From the NCBI GenBank assembly GCA_964188305.1, contig OZ076892.1: 64,000 nt of DNA; one strand, written 5' to 3'. Each line of letters begins with the position of its first letter. Position 1 is the first letter of the stretch. The notes under the pieces were generated by a model. The model was not told where the DNA came from. It saw nothing but the letters and a program-made list of their open reading frames with translations, and did not search any database. Source of the stretch: Podarcis bocagei (taxonomy: Eukaryota). Below, piece by piece: positions 1-11,096 of this stretch. The position numbers and the translations under genes were made by a program.

Positions 1-1644
1 GGAGCAAGGCAGGGAAGGATGTTTCAAAATATTTTCCTCTCGCTCTCTTTCTCATTTTGTTTATGCAAACCTAGGGAGGGGAAATAGTTTTGCTCAGTCT
101 TTCGTGTGTGTTGATGAAAAGCCATCAGCCTTATTGGGCTAAATTAATTTTTATAACACATGTCAGCAGACTCAAAACCACTTAAACTTGAGCAAAGCCA
201 CTTCACTTTCCTTTCAGTTCACATAAAAAATAAAGAGTTGAGTTTAAAATGCTGTTCTTCCTCTATTGTACAGATGCTTTCATAATGTCAAAATATCGCT
301 ACCCATATGGAATTGCAAAAGGAAAATTAGTCAGATCTTGTGATGACAATAGTCAAAAGCTCTTAGAAATGATCACATGCAATCAAGCTAAAATGTACTG
401 TAAGAAACAACTTTTATTAAGTAATTCAGTCAAACTTTGAACATAACATTAGTGCCAGGCAGGCATACATTAAGGATTGTTTTCCAGCAATGAAAAAAAC
501 TGCCCAGCACAAGTAATTCCAGATACTGATTCATCCAAAATTGATCCCAGGCTTCCTCCAGTTTTCTGGGAAACACTTTGTTTATAAAAGTCAAAGTTAT
601 ATTAACCAAGAAACATTACTTGGAAGTTTCTAAAGTCATCCCTTTCCAGCTGTGCTGCAGGTGATAGTATACCAAAGAGCTCTAGTATTCCATTCTTTGT
701 GGGGAGTGGGCTGAAGAAATTCAGTTCATTAAATAAATGTAAAATAAGGGTTATATTTACAGCTCATGGGTTTTGGTATGAAATGGGAATATGGGTAGTA
801 AATGGGAGGCAAGGGAGAGGCACTTGTGGACTAAAGCCAGAAGCAGAAGCACAACAGCAGAGAACTGTGTGGCACACAATTCCAGTACTGCCTGGCTTCC
901 AGATGCTTGAGGTTCAGAAAATTGCCAGTACTTCTTCAGCTAGGTTGGCAGAAATGGCTTAGAACTGCCTCTACTAGCAATGACCTGTTCCTGACTTGCC
1001 TTGGCAGGCAGATCACTGTGAACTCAAGTGCATTATTTCCCCTTAAGTCAAAGGAGGCTGACCACTGTCCCTTGGGTCGGATCCCAGCTGGAGGTTCAGA
1101 AATGCTTAACAGCTTGTTCTACACATGAAGCAAAATAAGATATAACACTTCAGGTAGCAAATGAGAACTCCCATTTTAGAATGGTCCCCTAATGGGAAAG
1201 CGCCTTACGGGTTAAAAACTAGCACACCAGGAAGAAAACTCTATGATTAGGTTCTTACCTGCTGTGCTAGCTTTCTATGTTCATGGACTATTTTTTGTGC
1301 AAAAATCAATAAATGTTAAAATGTTTTTCTCTTACTTGCCCTCTGCAATGTCATTGCCCATTCTGATGCCTCTGGATTTCACCCCCTCATTCCACTGCAT
1401 ATTCAGACCCCCACCCCCTGTAAGTGCTGCCCTGTGGATTAATTTAGTTTCCTAACAATGAACAGAAAGAAACAACTCTTCTAGTGACAACTTGGCTCTG
1501 AGGCACCTGTGGAATCTGCTAATGAAGCAATTAGTGGTATGGACAAGGAAATAAATTATCTCAAGACCAGGCAAACCTATACAAAGAACTGGCCTGGATA
1601 ACAAAGGAGGTTACTCTTTTTTCAAAAAATAAATATTTTGTTTC

Positions 1645-1650
1645 TTTATT
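1645..1650 (-). terminator. Probable polyadenylation signal (AATAAA) of PLEKHG4
   Basis: tttatt on the plus strand; the first such hexamer I found downstream of the stop, followed by U-rich sequence on the minus strand. Confidence 0.6.
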
Positions 1651-2115
1651 CTGCCCTTTGAAAAAGTTTTTTTCCTAAATGTGCAGCTTGTGGAACAAAG
1701 CAAGTCAACTGTAAAAAAGACAAGTGACCAGCCAACATCTATCTCTCTAATCCATACCCTCAACGTACAGTTGTTTCTCTATCCGTAGCCACATCAGGAC
1801 CACCAAAACTTCACAACTCTCCCCCTAAACCCCCTCCCTCAACAATGGCACCCAAACCTTTCACTGCTGCTGCTCACTGGGCTGCCTTGTAAAACAGCAG
1901 CAGAAGGCAGCAGGAACTCACACCTGCACTGGGGGCACTCAACTCACTCCACAATTCAGTCACACAAACAAAGGCATTTTCAAGTCCAGTGCTGTGGCCC
2001 AGTCTAGTTAATTGCTCAGTATTCTCCACTACTATTATGGGCTCCCGGGTGCTGTGTGGGGACATACACAGGTTCCTTCTTCTTGTCTCCTGAGAAACAA
2101 CCCGGAAACCAGCGT

Positions 2116-2121
2116 TTAGAC
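2116..2121 (-). CDS. PLEKHG4: Terminal exon coding part: Val plus stop (GTC TAA)
   Basis: ctgtgttgcag|GTC TAA is a phase-0-compatible acceptor about 500 nt downstream of the strong exon 22 donor, followed by about 470 nt of putative UTR to an AATAAA. Confidence 0.68.
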   Translation of the reverse strand, partial: V

Positions 2122-2624
2122 CTGCAACACAGCATCATCCATGATCAGGGGACTCTGGGAGATTTGAACATAGATCCATGGTGAAAGGAAGGACTGGCTC
2201 TCTCCCCCCCCCCCGCCCCCAATCCTGCTTAGTGTGGGCCAGAGGAGCAGCATGTGCCACAAGCACCTGCAAACCAAGGATCCTGCCCACCCCACCCTGC
2301 CAGTCTCTAGCCCAGGAGCTGGATCCACCTCCCATCAACTCCAGCCAAGAATGATGAGAACTGATAGTTCAGCCGCATCCCAAGGGCCACCTGTATTCCA
2401 CTAAGGAAAACTCCCAGTCTCCCAACCCCAACTGCTGATTTCTAAAGTGGGGCCTCACATACTTTGTTTTACGGAAATGGCTCAAGTTGGCTTCCCATGG
2501 TCTGTTGGAAGGATAGAGTGTCAAGGCCACAGACAGGGCTGAGGTTCCCTGGGCAAGGCAGGGAGGACTAGTGATTCTATGGCCTGGATCCCTTGGGCAC
2601 ATTGGCAAGGTCCTGTCCACTTAC

Positions 2625-2824
2625 CGCTGAAACGTACTGGCTTTTGGGGAAACAGGTTTTCTGCTCTGTGGGGGAGGGAAAAGCAGAGCCTTCGGGGATG
2701 GGGAGGGGTGAGCCAAGGTCTTCACAGAAGCTCTCCTGGGGAGCGCTGGATACGCAGCCACTGTCGGAGCCACTGGAGCCGCTCCTGGACATGCATTGGG
2801 AGGAGGATTCTGAGCTCTCAGTCG
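2625..2824 (-). CDS. PLEKHG4: Coding exon 22 (TTESSESSSQCMSRSGSSGSDSGCVS...QYVSA)
   Basis: Acceptor ttttgtccccag, donor GCG|gtaagt, 200 nt, phase 1-0. Confidence 0.88.
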
Positions 2825-3398
2825 CTGGGGACAAAAAGAAGAAATTCAGCCACTAGACAAAAGAGTCCATCAGGGGTAGAAGTATATCCCAGCCAGATGT
2901 GTAAGAAACTGCAGCCCCAAAGAACCCACTCAGCTTCTGGGGAGCAGACCCAGCAATGCTCTAAACACTTCCAACATTTCCACGTCCTAGTTTAGGCCAC
3001 ACTCTGACTGTCCATCCCATGCTCAATGACTAGCTTATGATCTATACCAGGCTCTCCTTTTGGACTGCTTGCCCCCATTTCTAAGGTTTATAGTGCCCTC
3101 CCTCCCTTCTCAGTGTCCTTAGGAACCACAGCAGCTGGAACTGGGGAACCATCACAAAACAGCAAGTAAGTGCACGGGGAGGATAGCTTGCAAGAGGGCC
3201 AGAAAGTAAAGTTGCTCATAGCATGAGTGAACAATGCAGCCATGGACTGAAAGTGAGAGTCTAGAATCTCTCTCTCTCCCCCCACCCCCCATTCTGCCAA
3301 GCCAAGCAGCCGTCTGCAACACACAATGGTTTTAGAAACTCCCAGAGAGCAAGGATGGCTTCTGAACAGGGCTGAGAGATCTGAGGGCTCATACGTAC

Positions 3399-3647
3399 TC
3401 ATGGAAGGCTGGCTGCTGGTCTCGTTCTCCATCTCATCCTCCTCTATGCATGTGCCCGCATCCAAGGAGTGGCTGGTTGAGAGCATGCTGGGCAGCAGAG
3501 ACTGGTTCAGGTACATGTGCAAGTTGAGAGGCCCAAGCACTGTGCAGGAGGAGGATGGGCTGCCAGCAGGCAGTGGTGTTTGCGACCTCTTGTAAGGGTT
3601 GGCGTGGTCAAACAGAGAGACGGCAATAGAAGCCCGAGTCCTGGCTC
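3399..3647 (-). CDS. PLEKHG4: Coding exon 21 (GARTRASIAVSLFDH...ETSSQPSM)
   Basis: Acceptor ctctgtggcag, donor A|gtacgt, 249 nt, phase 1-1. Confidence 0.9.
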
Positions 3648-3751
3648 CTGCCACAGAGCCAAAAAGGGGAGAAGCAAGTCATGAAGAGCTGGATAGCAGC
3701 TGCGTGGGTCCTTGAGGGGGGCTGGGGTGTGAGAGGGTGAGGTAGACTTAC

Positions 3752-3868
3752 CCCTGCCTTTCATAATGTAATCAATGGCACGGTCATGGATGGCAGCTTC
3801 ACTTGGCTTGATGTCCAGAAAAGGCTTGTTCCCCACACCCATGGACACCATCTCCTGCATGCGGATCT
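3752..3868 (-). CDS. PLEKHG4: Coding exon 20 (EIRMQEMVSMGVGNKPFLDIKPSE...IMKGR)
   Basis: Acceptor cccccag, donor gtaagt, 117 nt, phase 1-1. Confidence 0.94.
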
Positions 3869-4572
3869 CTGGGGGTGACAACAACCATGAGCAACATGCC
3901 TAGCCTCACCAAAAAGCAGCTCTGTGAGTTCTCAGGGCCACCAAACCTAGCCTCGGTTTCTGGCAAGACAAGCAGATTTCTGGTAGAAGGGGCAACTTAG
4001 ATCAAACTTGGTCCACCAGGTGACATAGCTTGGCTGCCTCTGGAGTAGCAGCTCTGGGCACAAGGAGTCCTAAAGGACAAAGCAACCACCAGACCAATAA
4101 GCTTGTCCCAGGCAGTTGTCAATGCTCTAGTTAATCTCTCCCAAGAAAGTAATCTTGCTGGCATCTCCCAGGTATTACATGTTAGCCAGGGGGGAAAAAA
4201 CTGCTGGTAGTATTGGGGAGGGTCACCTGGTGCAGTGAAGTCCAGGGCTCCTGGGCCTTGCCTAGCTGGCACTTGCAGCTCTCCTCCCTTTTGCATATAC
4301 CACGACAAACTGCCCCCTCTCTCTCGGACACAGGACAGAGCACCTCTATTTCGTGTGACCAGTCACTCTAGTGGGAGTGGGGGCTTCCATGGAGAATCCC
4401 AGGAACCAATGACCTACTTTATGTCTGCAACTGTCATGCCCGGAGAAGAACCTGGAGGCCCTATCCAACAAGCCTTCTATGCCGCCCCCTGCTTCCATGA
4501 GCCACTAATTCTGGCAGAAAGGATTCAATGGTCCCACAGGGAAGAGGGTGCCTGGGCTTTACTGACACCAAC

Positions 4573-4750
4573 CTTTATTGCGGGCAGCCTGCTCCCACAG
4601 GATCTTGGTAATGTCACTGGTCCAGGCCAGCTTGGTCTCGGGGCTACTGGCCTGCAGGACGTAGGTGTCACTCGATTTCCGCCTTCTAAACCAGATCTCA
4701 AAGCGCAGCCCACTCTCGCCGGAGTTCTCAGTCAGGCCAATGTCTGCTGT
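4573..4750 (-). CDS. PLEKHG4: Coding exon 19, PH domain ([25 protein letters not shown]...ARNK)
   Basis: Acceptor tccctgcag, donor G|gttggt, 178 nt, phase 0-1. Confidence 0.94.
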
Positions 4751-5293
4751 CTGCAGGGACAGAGCAAGTGAGTCAGCAAGCCAGGAGGCAATTGGGGTCA
4801 CATGCTGGGCTGAGGGTATACATGGTGAGGCAGAGGCGGCTCCTGAGCTGCTGCCATGATGATCCACCTCAGTGGTGTGGTGTGATTTAGTGCTTACAAA
4901 TGGGAAAGAGGTTCACTCTGAAAAGTTCAGCCTTGGTAAGCTTGACAGGGAAGGTGACGTAAGATGCACTTGGGAACATGAAGGTGTGAAAGCCCTGCCC
5001 TCCAACTCACACAGCCCACAAGCCGCATGTGGGCTCCAGAAAAACCCTAGTGCCACTGCCTACTGGCTAGCTGAGCATCTGGTTGCAATGCATGCACACA
5101 CCTTGATGTATCAAAAATTGTGCAGGTCTGCCTGAGGCAGCTGATAAAACTGGCTGCCTGAATGTGTGACATCGTGCTTCCCCCAAGTTTTCTCTTGCAC
5201 AGCCTGTGAAGAAGGCATCCCCCTCCCTATCTGGTGCCATTTTAGTTTCTTGGAGAGGCAGCAGCACTCGCAAGCAGCAGTGGGCAGCCTTAC

Positions 5294-5464
5294 CTTAAAG
5301 GAGCGCTTGTAGATGTAGACATCCAGCCCCCCCTCAACCCGCTTGGGCTTGCTGAAAAGGATCAGGTCTTCAAAGAGAAAGACATGGCGCTGGCACTTCC
5401 TGCGGCCCAGACAGACGCTGAACTCATCCTGGCGCACCAGCTGCCCCTGCTCCTTGAGGTTCAC
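5294..5464 (-). CDS. PLEKHG4: Coding exon 18, PH domain ([15 protein letters not shown]...YKRSFK)
   Basis: Acceptor tgcccag, donor gtaagg, 171 nt. Confidence 0.95.
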
Positions 5465-5819
5465 CTGGGCACAGAAACCATTCATTCATTTGCAAAAAGG
5501 TCTGGACTGGCAACATTCTGGGGGGTGGGGAATGATGTCAGCTGTACATGGGAGTAGAGGACTGCGGGCCACGGGGAGAAGCAGCAGGTGCCCTGTCGCC
5601 AAGGGCAGCCTGACAGGCCTCTGATGCCAGAGTCCCTCTTGCTCCATCCCAGAGCAGTCAGTTTCTAGCCTGCCTTGCACTCCAGGATGTGAGGCTGCTG
5701 CACCGAGATCCCTTTTCATGGGATCAAGGAGATGCAGAGGCAGCCAGGAGCTCAGCTGGTGCTGTTCCTGGCAGGAATCCGCTCCCCTCCCCTGCCCCTC
5801 CTCCTCCCAGCCCACTCAC

Positions 5820-6044
5820 ATCACAGTCCCGGATGGCATCCATGGCCAGGAGGTCGTTGCCGTGACGCAGCTGGAAGCGCACCATCTCCTCGGCGGCTTG
5901 CAGGTAGACCAGCTCCTGCTCCTGAGCCTCCCCACACTGCTTGATCAGGTCCTTCAGGAGGAGGGCGTACTTGCTCATGCGCTGGATGGGCTTCAGCAGG
6001 TAGGAGGCCAGGTCCATCTTGTCCCCCAGCTGCATCTGCTTGAG
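5820..6044 (-). CDS. PLEKHG4: Coding exon 17, end of the DH domain (LKQMQLGDKMDLASYLLKPIQRMSKY...DAIRDCD)
   Basis: cag acceptor, donor gtgagt, 225 nt; DH signature LLKPIQR-KY-LLL. Confidence 0.95.
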
Positions 6045-6158
6045 CTGGAGGCCAGAGCGGGAGAGCGGAGCTGAGTGGCTGGAGCCAGAGAAAGACCAAG
6101 GGCCGCTCCACTCTAGTCCAACGCCTGGAAGGGGTTGCTGGGAGGGGGCAGGACTTAC

Positions 6159-6248
6159 CCTGAAAAAAGAGTTCCCACGGCTGGCCAGGAGCGAGTCAGA
6201 CTTGGGCTTGTTTTTGCTGTAGAGAGCATACATCCCAAACTGATCTTT
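6159..6248 (-). CDS. PLEKHG4: Coding exon 16, DH domain (KDQFGMYALYSKNKPKSD...FFR)
   Basis: Acceptor tttttgcag, donor gtaagt, 90 nt. Confidence 0.95.
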
Positions 6249-6747
6249 CTGCAAAAAGGGTTAGAAGCACACAGGCCCCCCACAAAGGGAGGCCACAGAC
6301 TCTGTCAAGGGATTGGCCACAAGCACACAGGCACAAAATACAGAACTTGGGCCTCAAGGAGAGTAGAGCGCTGCCACTACAAAAGCCTGCAGACCTTCAT
6401 GCTTCCAAAGGTGATGGCAGGCCCAGGCTAGGCCATGTCCGGAGAAGATAGTGGAGGCCCCATCCTGGAGGCCTTCAGCTTGTGCTCCTGCTGACTCTCC
6501 TTTATCCTGTTCCCCTTTGCAAAATCCTCTCAGCAGGCCTTGTTCGTCTGCCTGACCACCTCTCCCTCCCGCTCCTGCAATGGTCCTTGGGCCTAGAGCC
6601 AGAAACACTGGTGTTGTGGACGGGCATTTCAAGGGCATTTCCCCTCGGGAGCCCTAATCCTTCCCCTGAGGCCTGCTTGCCCACCTACCAAAGTTCCCTG
6701 CAACCAGCCCCTCCCCAGCCCTGCCCGAGTTTCTCCAGGCCCCTTAC

Positions 6748-6997
6748 ATGTCTCAGGAAGCAGTGGCTGACCCGCAGCGGGTGGTTACAGCAGTTCTCCA
6801 GTTCTCGCAGGAAGTACTGGCTATGGAAGTCATAGAGCTTCTCCAGGTTCCCAAAAATGACACTCCGCTTCCCGCGCAGGTCTTGGGGCAGGTCCAGCCG
6901 CTCCATCTCAGGGAAGTAGCTCTCAATGATGTAGCGCAAGGACCGGACGTACTCCTGCTCAGTCATCACCATCTCCTCAATGATGTGCCGCAGTTTG
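6748..6997 (-). CDS. PLEKHG4: Coding exon 15, start of the DH domain (SKLRHIIEEMVMTEQEY...FLRH)
   Basis: Acceptor tctcttgcag, donor gtaagg, 250 nt, phase 2-0; RhoGEF CR1 helix. Confidence 0.95.
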
Positions 6998-7505
6998 CTG
7001 CAAGAGAGGAAGCCAGGAGCAAAGTTGGAGAATGGTGAGAAGAGGCCTTGATTCTTCAAGGTCTGTGGGGCCAGAGGGAGAGCCTACCAGCTTGCTTGGA
7101 AAAACAAGCTCTTCCCCAACAGCTGCAGATAAAAACACATCCCTGAAGCATTTTTAATCTGCAACTGCCCAAAAAGACGTCTCTCCAACCTCACCAGTTT
7201 CTTCTTGCCTTTTTGAACAGGGCTCCATGCTTAAGCTGCCAACTGTTCTGCCAGCTGACTCCCCCTGCTGGTCCAATCTCCCTCTCCAAAATTAAATAAC
7301 AGGGAACATCTACACTACAAACATATGCTGGTGCTACTCCACTTTAACTGCCCGGCTGTAGATTGTTGACAAGCTGAGAACACCCACCTCCCTGAATGAG
7401 GAGTCCCAAAGGGACTGGCTGTTAACCAGGCTTCTGAGTGGATCTGCCCACAGCCCCACTTGGACGGCTGTTAGCAGGTGATACTCCGACCTCATCCATA
7501 CCTAC

Positions 7506-8278
7506 CTGCCCAAGCTCTTTGCCTCTGGTATGGAGAGGCTGCTCCTCTGCTCCGCTTGCAAGCTGCCAGGTGCCCAACTGGTTGGGCCGAGGTGTTGCCG
7601 GGCCACATGCTCAGTACTGCTCACTTCCAGCCCCTTGATGAAGACGCCGGTGTTGCCGTAACGGGCTGGCTCACTCAGAGTCCGCTGGCAGCCAGAGTGC
7701 AGTCCCTCTGTGCAGGGCAGGTCAAAACTCTGGGCCTTCCTCAGGGGCCTTTTGAGGAATGGCTGCTGGCTAGAGGCTGGGGTGGAGGGGCGGGAGGGTC
7801 CAGCCTCCAGGACTTCCACAATGCTCTCCAGGGTGACCTTCTCCTTCTTAGAAGCCTCTGGAATGACCTGGCTTGGGAGCACAACCTGCTCCCCAGTCCA
7901 CCCAGGGAGACGGAAGGGGAGTGGCCCCTCCAAAGGCGGCCTGCCCTCCTGGCTGAGCTCTCCCTCAGGCGACGGCTTCAAGTCAGGAGGGCACAGAGAA
8001 CTCTTGGTCCTCAGGGCAGCTTCCAGCTTCATCTCAAAGCCCAGCATGGTCTCCTGGCACTTGGACCAGGCTAGCTGCCATTGCTTCAGGGCACGGCTGC
8101 TCTTCAGCTGGCATGCCAGCTCCTTCATCTCCTGGAATCTGGCACTACTGATTTCTGGGTGCTGTCTCTTGTAGCTCTCCAGGCTCCTGAGAGCCGGAGC
8201 ACAATCCTCAAGGGAGCTGCCCTCCTCTGTGCTGATGCTGGAAAGGTGGCGCATGCCCTCCAATGCCCATTCGTAGGC
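7506..8278 (-). CDS. PLEKHG4: Coding exon 14 (AYEWALEGMRHL...LRKAQSFD...RTLSEP...KSLG)
   Basis: Acceptor cccctacag, donor AG|gtagg, 773 nt, phase 0-2; lies within ORF 7502..8347. Confidence 0.9.
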
Positions 8279-8969
8279 CTGTAGGGGTGGGACAAGGAAA
8301 GAGCGATCAGTGGAGGGAGGGAGGGAGGGAGGGAGGGTGGGGTCCACAGCTAGGCCACAACAAGAGGCTCTCTATCTGAGGCTAGGCCCTGTCACCATGT
8401 CACCAGCCTGACTGACTGCCAGGCACGGCTGCCAGGCTGCGATGGAGGCAGCAGCAGCTTGGCTTGCTCAGGCCCTCCCCAGGAAAGGCGGCACTTGGAA
8501 CTGTCTAGGGAAGGCGTCTTCTCCTTTGTCCACAGTCTGAAAACCACATCAAGCTTTTCCATGTGCCTTCCTCTGCCCTCCACCCTACCTTTTATCTCCT
8601 GCTCCATTTTCATCTTTTTCTCTAGAATCTTGTGTGTGCAAACATGTGTGTCAAGTATCACATGGACTGCTAGGACTGGGGCACTGGCTGACTCTACAGA
8701 TAGCAAAGACACAAGACTGGAAAAGGCCCCCAAGCAGAGTGCAGGGGGTGCACTGGCCTGCTGCCTGTTGTGGGAAGATCAATGTGGCAGGATCAGTCCC
8801 AACATGCCCCACACCCACCAATACTCTGCCCAACAATAGATTTGTGGGGAGTTGTTCCAGAGAGGTATCCCCCTCTCCTACCACCACCACCAAGAAAGCA
8901 GTATGTGTTGGTTGGTGTGTGTAGTCAGAGGATGCCACCAGAGGGCGCCTTGTGTGTGTGGAATCCTCC

Positions 8970-9249
8970 CAGGGGTCAGCAACCTTTTTCAGCCGTGGAC
9001 TCGGGGGGGGGGGGAATGAATGGATTCCTATGCCCCACAAATAACCCAGAAATGCATTTTAAATAAAAGCACACATTCTACTCATGTCAAAACACCAGGC
9101 AAACCCCACAAATAACCCAGAGATGCATTTTTAAAAAAGGACATATTCTACTCTTGTAAAAACACGCTGATTCCCGGACTGTCCGCAGGCCGGATTTAGA
9201 AGGCAATTGGGCCGCATTCGGCCCACAGGCCTTAAGTTGTCTACCCATG
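8970..9249. mobile_element. Non-autonomous hAT-type DNA transposon (MITE)
   Basis: Ends CAGGGGTCAGCAACCT...AAGTTGTCTACCCATG; a second copy lies inverted at 41566-41822; internal ~70-bp tandem unit. Confidence 0.75.
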
Positions 9250-9880
9250 CCTCATCCCCAAACTGAAAACAACTGTCCCCAGAGGGAATGTGGAGAGCTC
9301 TGGCAGATATGGAGTAGGGCTAAGCCAAAAGAGGGATGCAGCCTTAAGGAATAGCACAAGTGGGCAAGCTGTGAATGCAGAACATGACTCCCTGCATGCC
9401 GCAATTCAGACATAACTGCATTGGAACAAAGATCGCTAATGCAACCAACTCCAAAGCGAGAGCTAGTGCAGAACATTGCCTCACACCCCAATAAAAGTGA
9501 CTGCCTTTTGCCAATTTCCAAGAAAGGCTTTTGAGGGGCTCATGGTGGTGAGAAATGCAGTAGCCTATGGCTGTTTCTTCTGCTTCAGTGCGGCCTCTCC
9601 CACGTCCGTTCAGATGATTGGCTTTGTTGTTCCTCACCCCCTCTCCCAGGTCAGGCCTGGTCGGTTCTAGTCTGGACCAGATTCTGAATAAATGTAAGCA
9701 GGCCAAAGCCTGTCAGAAACCAAGTAAGGAGTGCTGAGCAGGGCTTAGGTCTCCATGAATGCCATCTTGGTTGCCAGACTGTAGTGGGTATTTTGGGCAG
9801 ATGGGAGTGCATTCTGTAGCATATGTGGAGAGTCCACATATTATTCCACTTTATTAATTGTTCTGTAACGCTTTCCCAAA

Positions 9881-10230
9881 GGGACACGGGTGGCGCTGTG
9901 GGTTACACCACAGAGCCTAGGACTTGCCGATCAGAAGGTCAGCGGTTCGAATCCCCGTGATGGGGTGAGCTCCTGTTGTTTGGTCCCTGCTCCTGCTGAC
10001 CTAGCAGTTCAAAAGCACGTCAATGTGCAAGTAGATAAATAGGTACCGCTCCGGTGGGAAGGTAAACGGCATTTCTGTGCACTGCTCTGGTTCACCAGAA
10101 GCGGCTTAGTCATGCTGGCCACATGACCCGGAAGCTGTACGCCAGCTCCCTCAGCCAATAAAGCGAGATGAGTGCCGCAACCCCAGAGTCAGTCACGACT
10201 GGACCTAATGGTCAGAGGTCCCTTTACCTT
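9881..10230 (+). mobile_element. Full-length Sauria SINE with a 14-bp TSD
   Basis: tRNA-like head (GGTGGCGCTGTGG...GGTTCGAATCC) and ACCTTT-type tail; TAACGCTTTCCCAA is duplicated at 9866-9879 and 10231-10244; highly similar to the copy at 58404-58743. Confidence 0.9.
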
Positions 10231-10889
10231 TAACGCTTTCCCAAGTGTTGCTTTGGTATTGTTGTCTAGAGGGCAGCACTGCAAAAGTAGATCAGGAATG
10301 TCCCCACTCAGAACAGTTGTGTCACAAAATTTCCACAAAAGCTACAGGGCGTACTGAGCAGTCTGCCCAGCTCAAAACTTTTGTAGGAGCAAACACCACT
10401 GAAAGTGTGATCGCATATACCGCTCTGCCCCCACCCTGAACACAATACAGCCCATAAATGTAGAGTTTAAAGGACACGGGGGGGGGGTCCATAATCTCCC
10501 AGCCAATGGCTGGCCTTTACAGCCTGAGACAGCATCCCACACAAAAGACTAATAAAACACAGCCTACAAGAGAAAGTGTCTTCATGAAAGAACTCTGCAT
10601 ATCCTTGGTATGTCCAGTCCTGTGCTCACAATACTGGTCCCACTGCAGACATGCAGAGAACTCCAAGGCCAGCCCCCAAGGGGGGGGGGGTTGTGGGCTG
10701 AAAAGAAGAGCAGATGCCAAGAGTCTGATGCCTGCCACTTTGAACAGAGCAGGCTGAGCAAGGGATGTGTTCAGGCTCCCTCATTAGACATGCATTTCCA
10801 GCTGGGCCTGGAAAATCATCTGCAAGCCCAGGCTGCATCTGCAACTCTGATGCTCCCTGTCTCCAGTTTCCGTGGCACAAAAGAGGTAA

Positions 10890-11096
10890 GAATCACAGAG
10901 TTGTAAGGGATCTTGAGGGTCATCAAATCCAACCCACTGCAATGCAGTAATCACAGCTAAATAATTCCTGACAGATGGCCACCCAACCTCTGTTTAAAAA
11001 GCTCCAGTGAAGGAGAGTCCACTACCTTCCAAGGCAGCCTGTTTCTCTGTTGGACAGCTCTTACTGTTAGACCATTTTTCCTAATGTTTAGTTGGA
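10890..11096 (-). mobile_element. CR1 LINE 3' fragment, degraded
   Basis: The reverse complement resembles the CR1 ORF2 end and 3' UTR seen at 17010-17234. Confidence 0.7.

Noticed and set aside
1-70. Acceptor-like tttcccctccctag on the minus strand followed by an open frame VCINKMRKRARGKYFETSFPALL
   Set aside because: It runs off the window edge, has no recognisable homology and lies beyond the PLEKHG4 polyA signal.
249-440. 63-aa plus-strand ORF as a possible KCTD19 last exon
   Set aside because: No resemblance to recalled KCTD19 sequence, so the call cannot be supported.
7478-8174. Long plus-strand ORFs (198 aa and 154 aa), and similar ones at 4235-4771, 27412-28023 and 36769-37323
   Set aside because: Antisense shadows of PLEKHG4 exons with no independent homology.
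9881-9960. tRNA-like A/B boxes
   Set aside because: This is the head of a SINE, not a tRNA gene.
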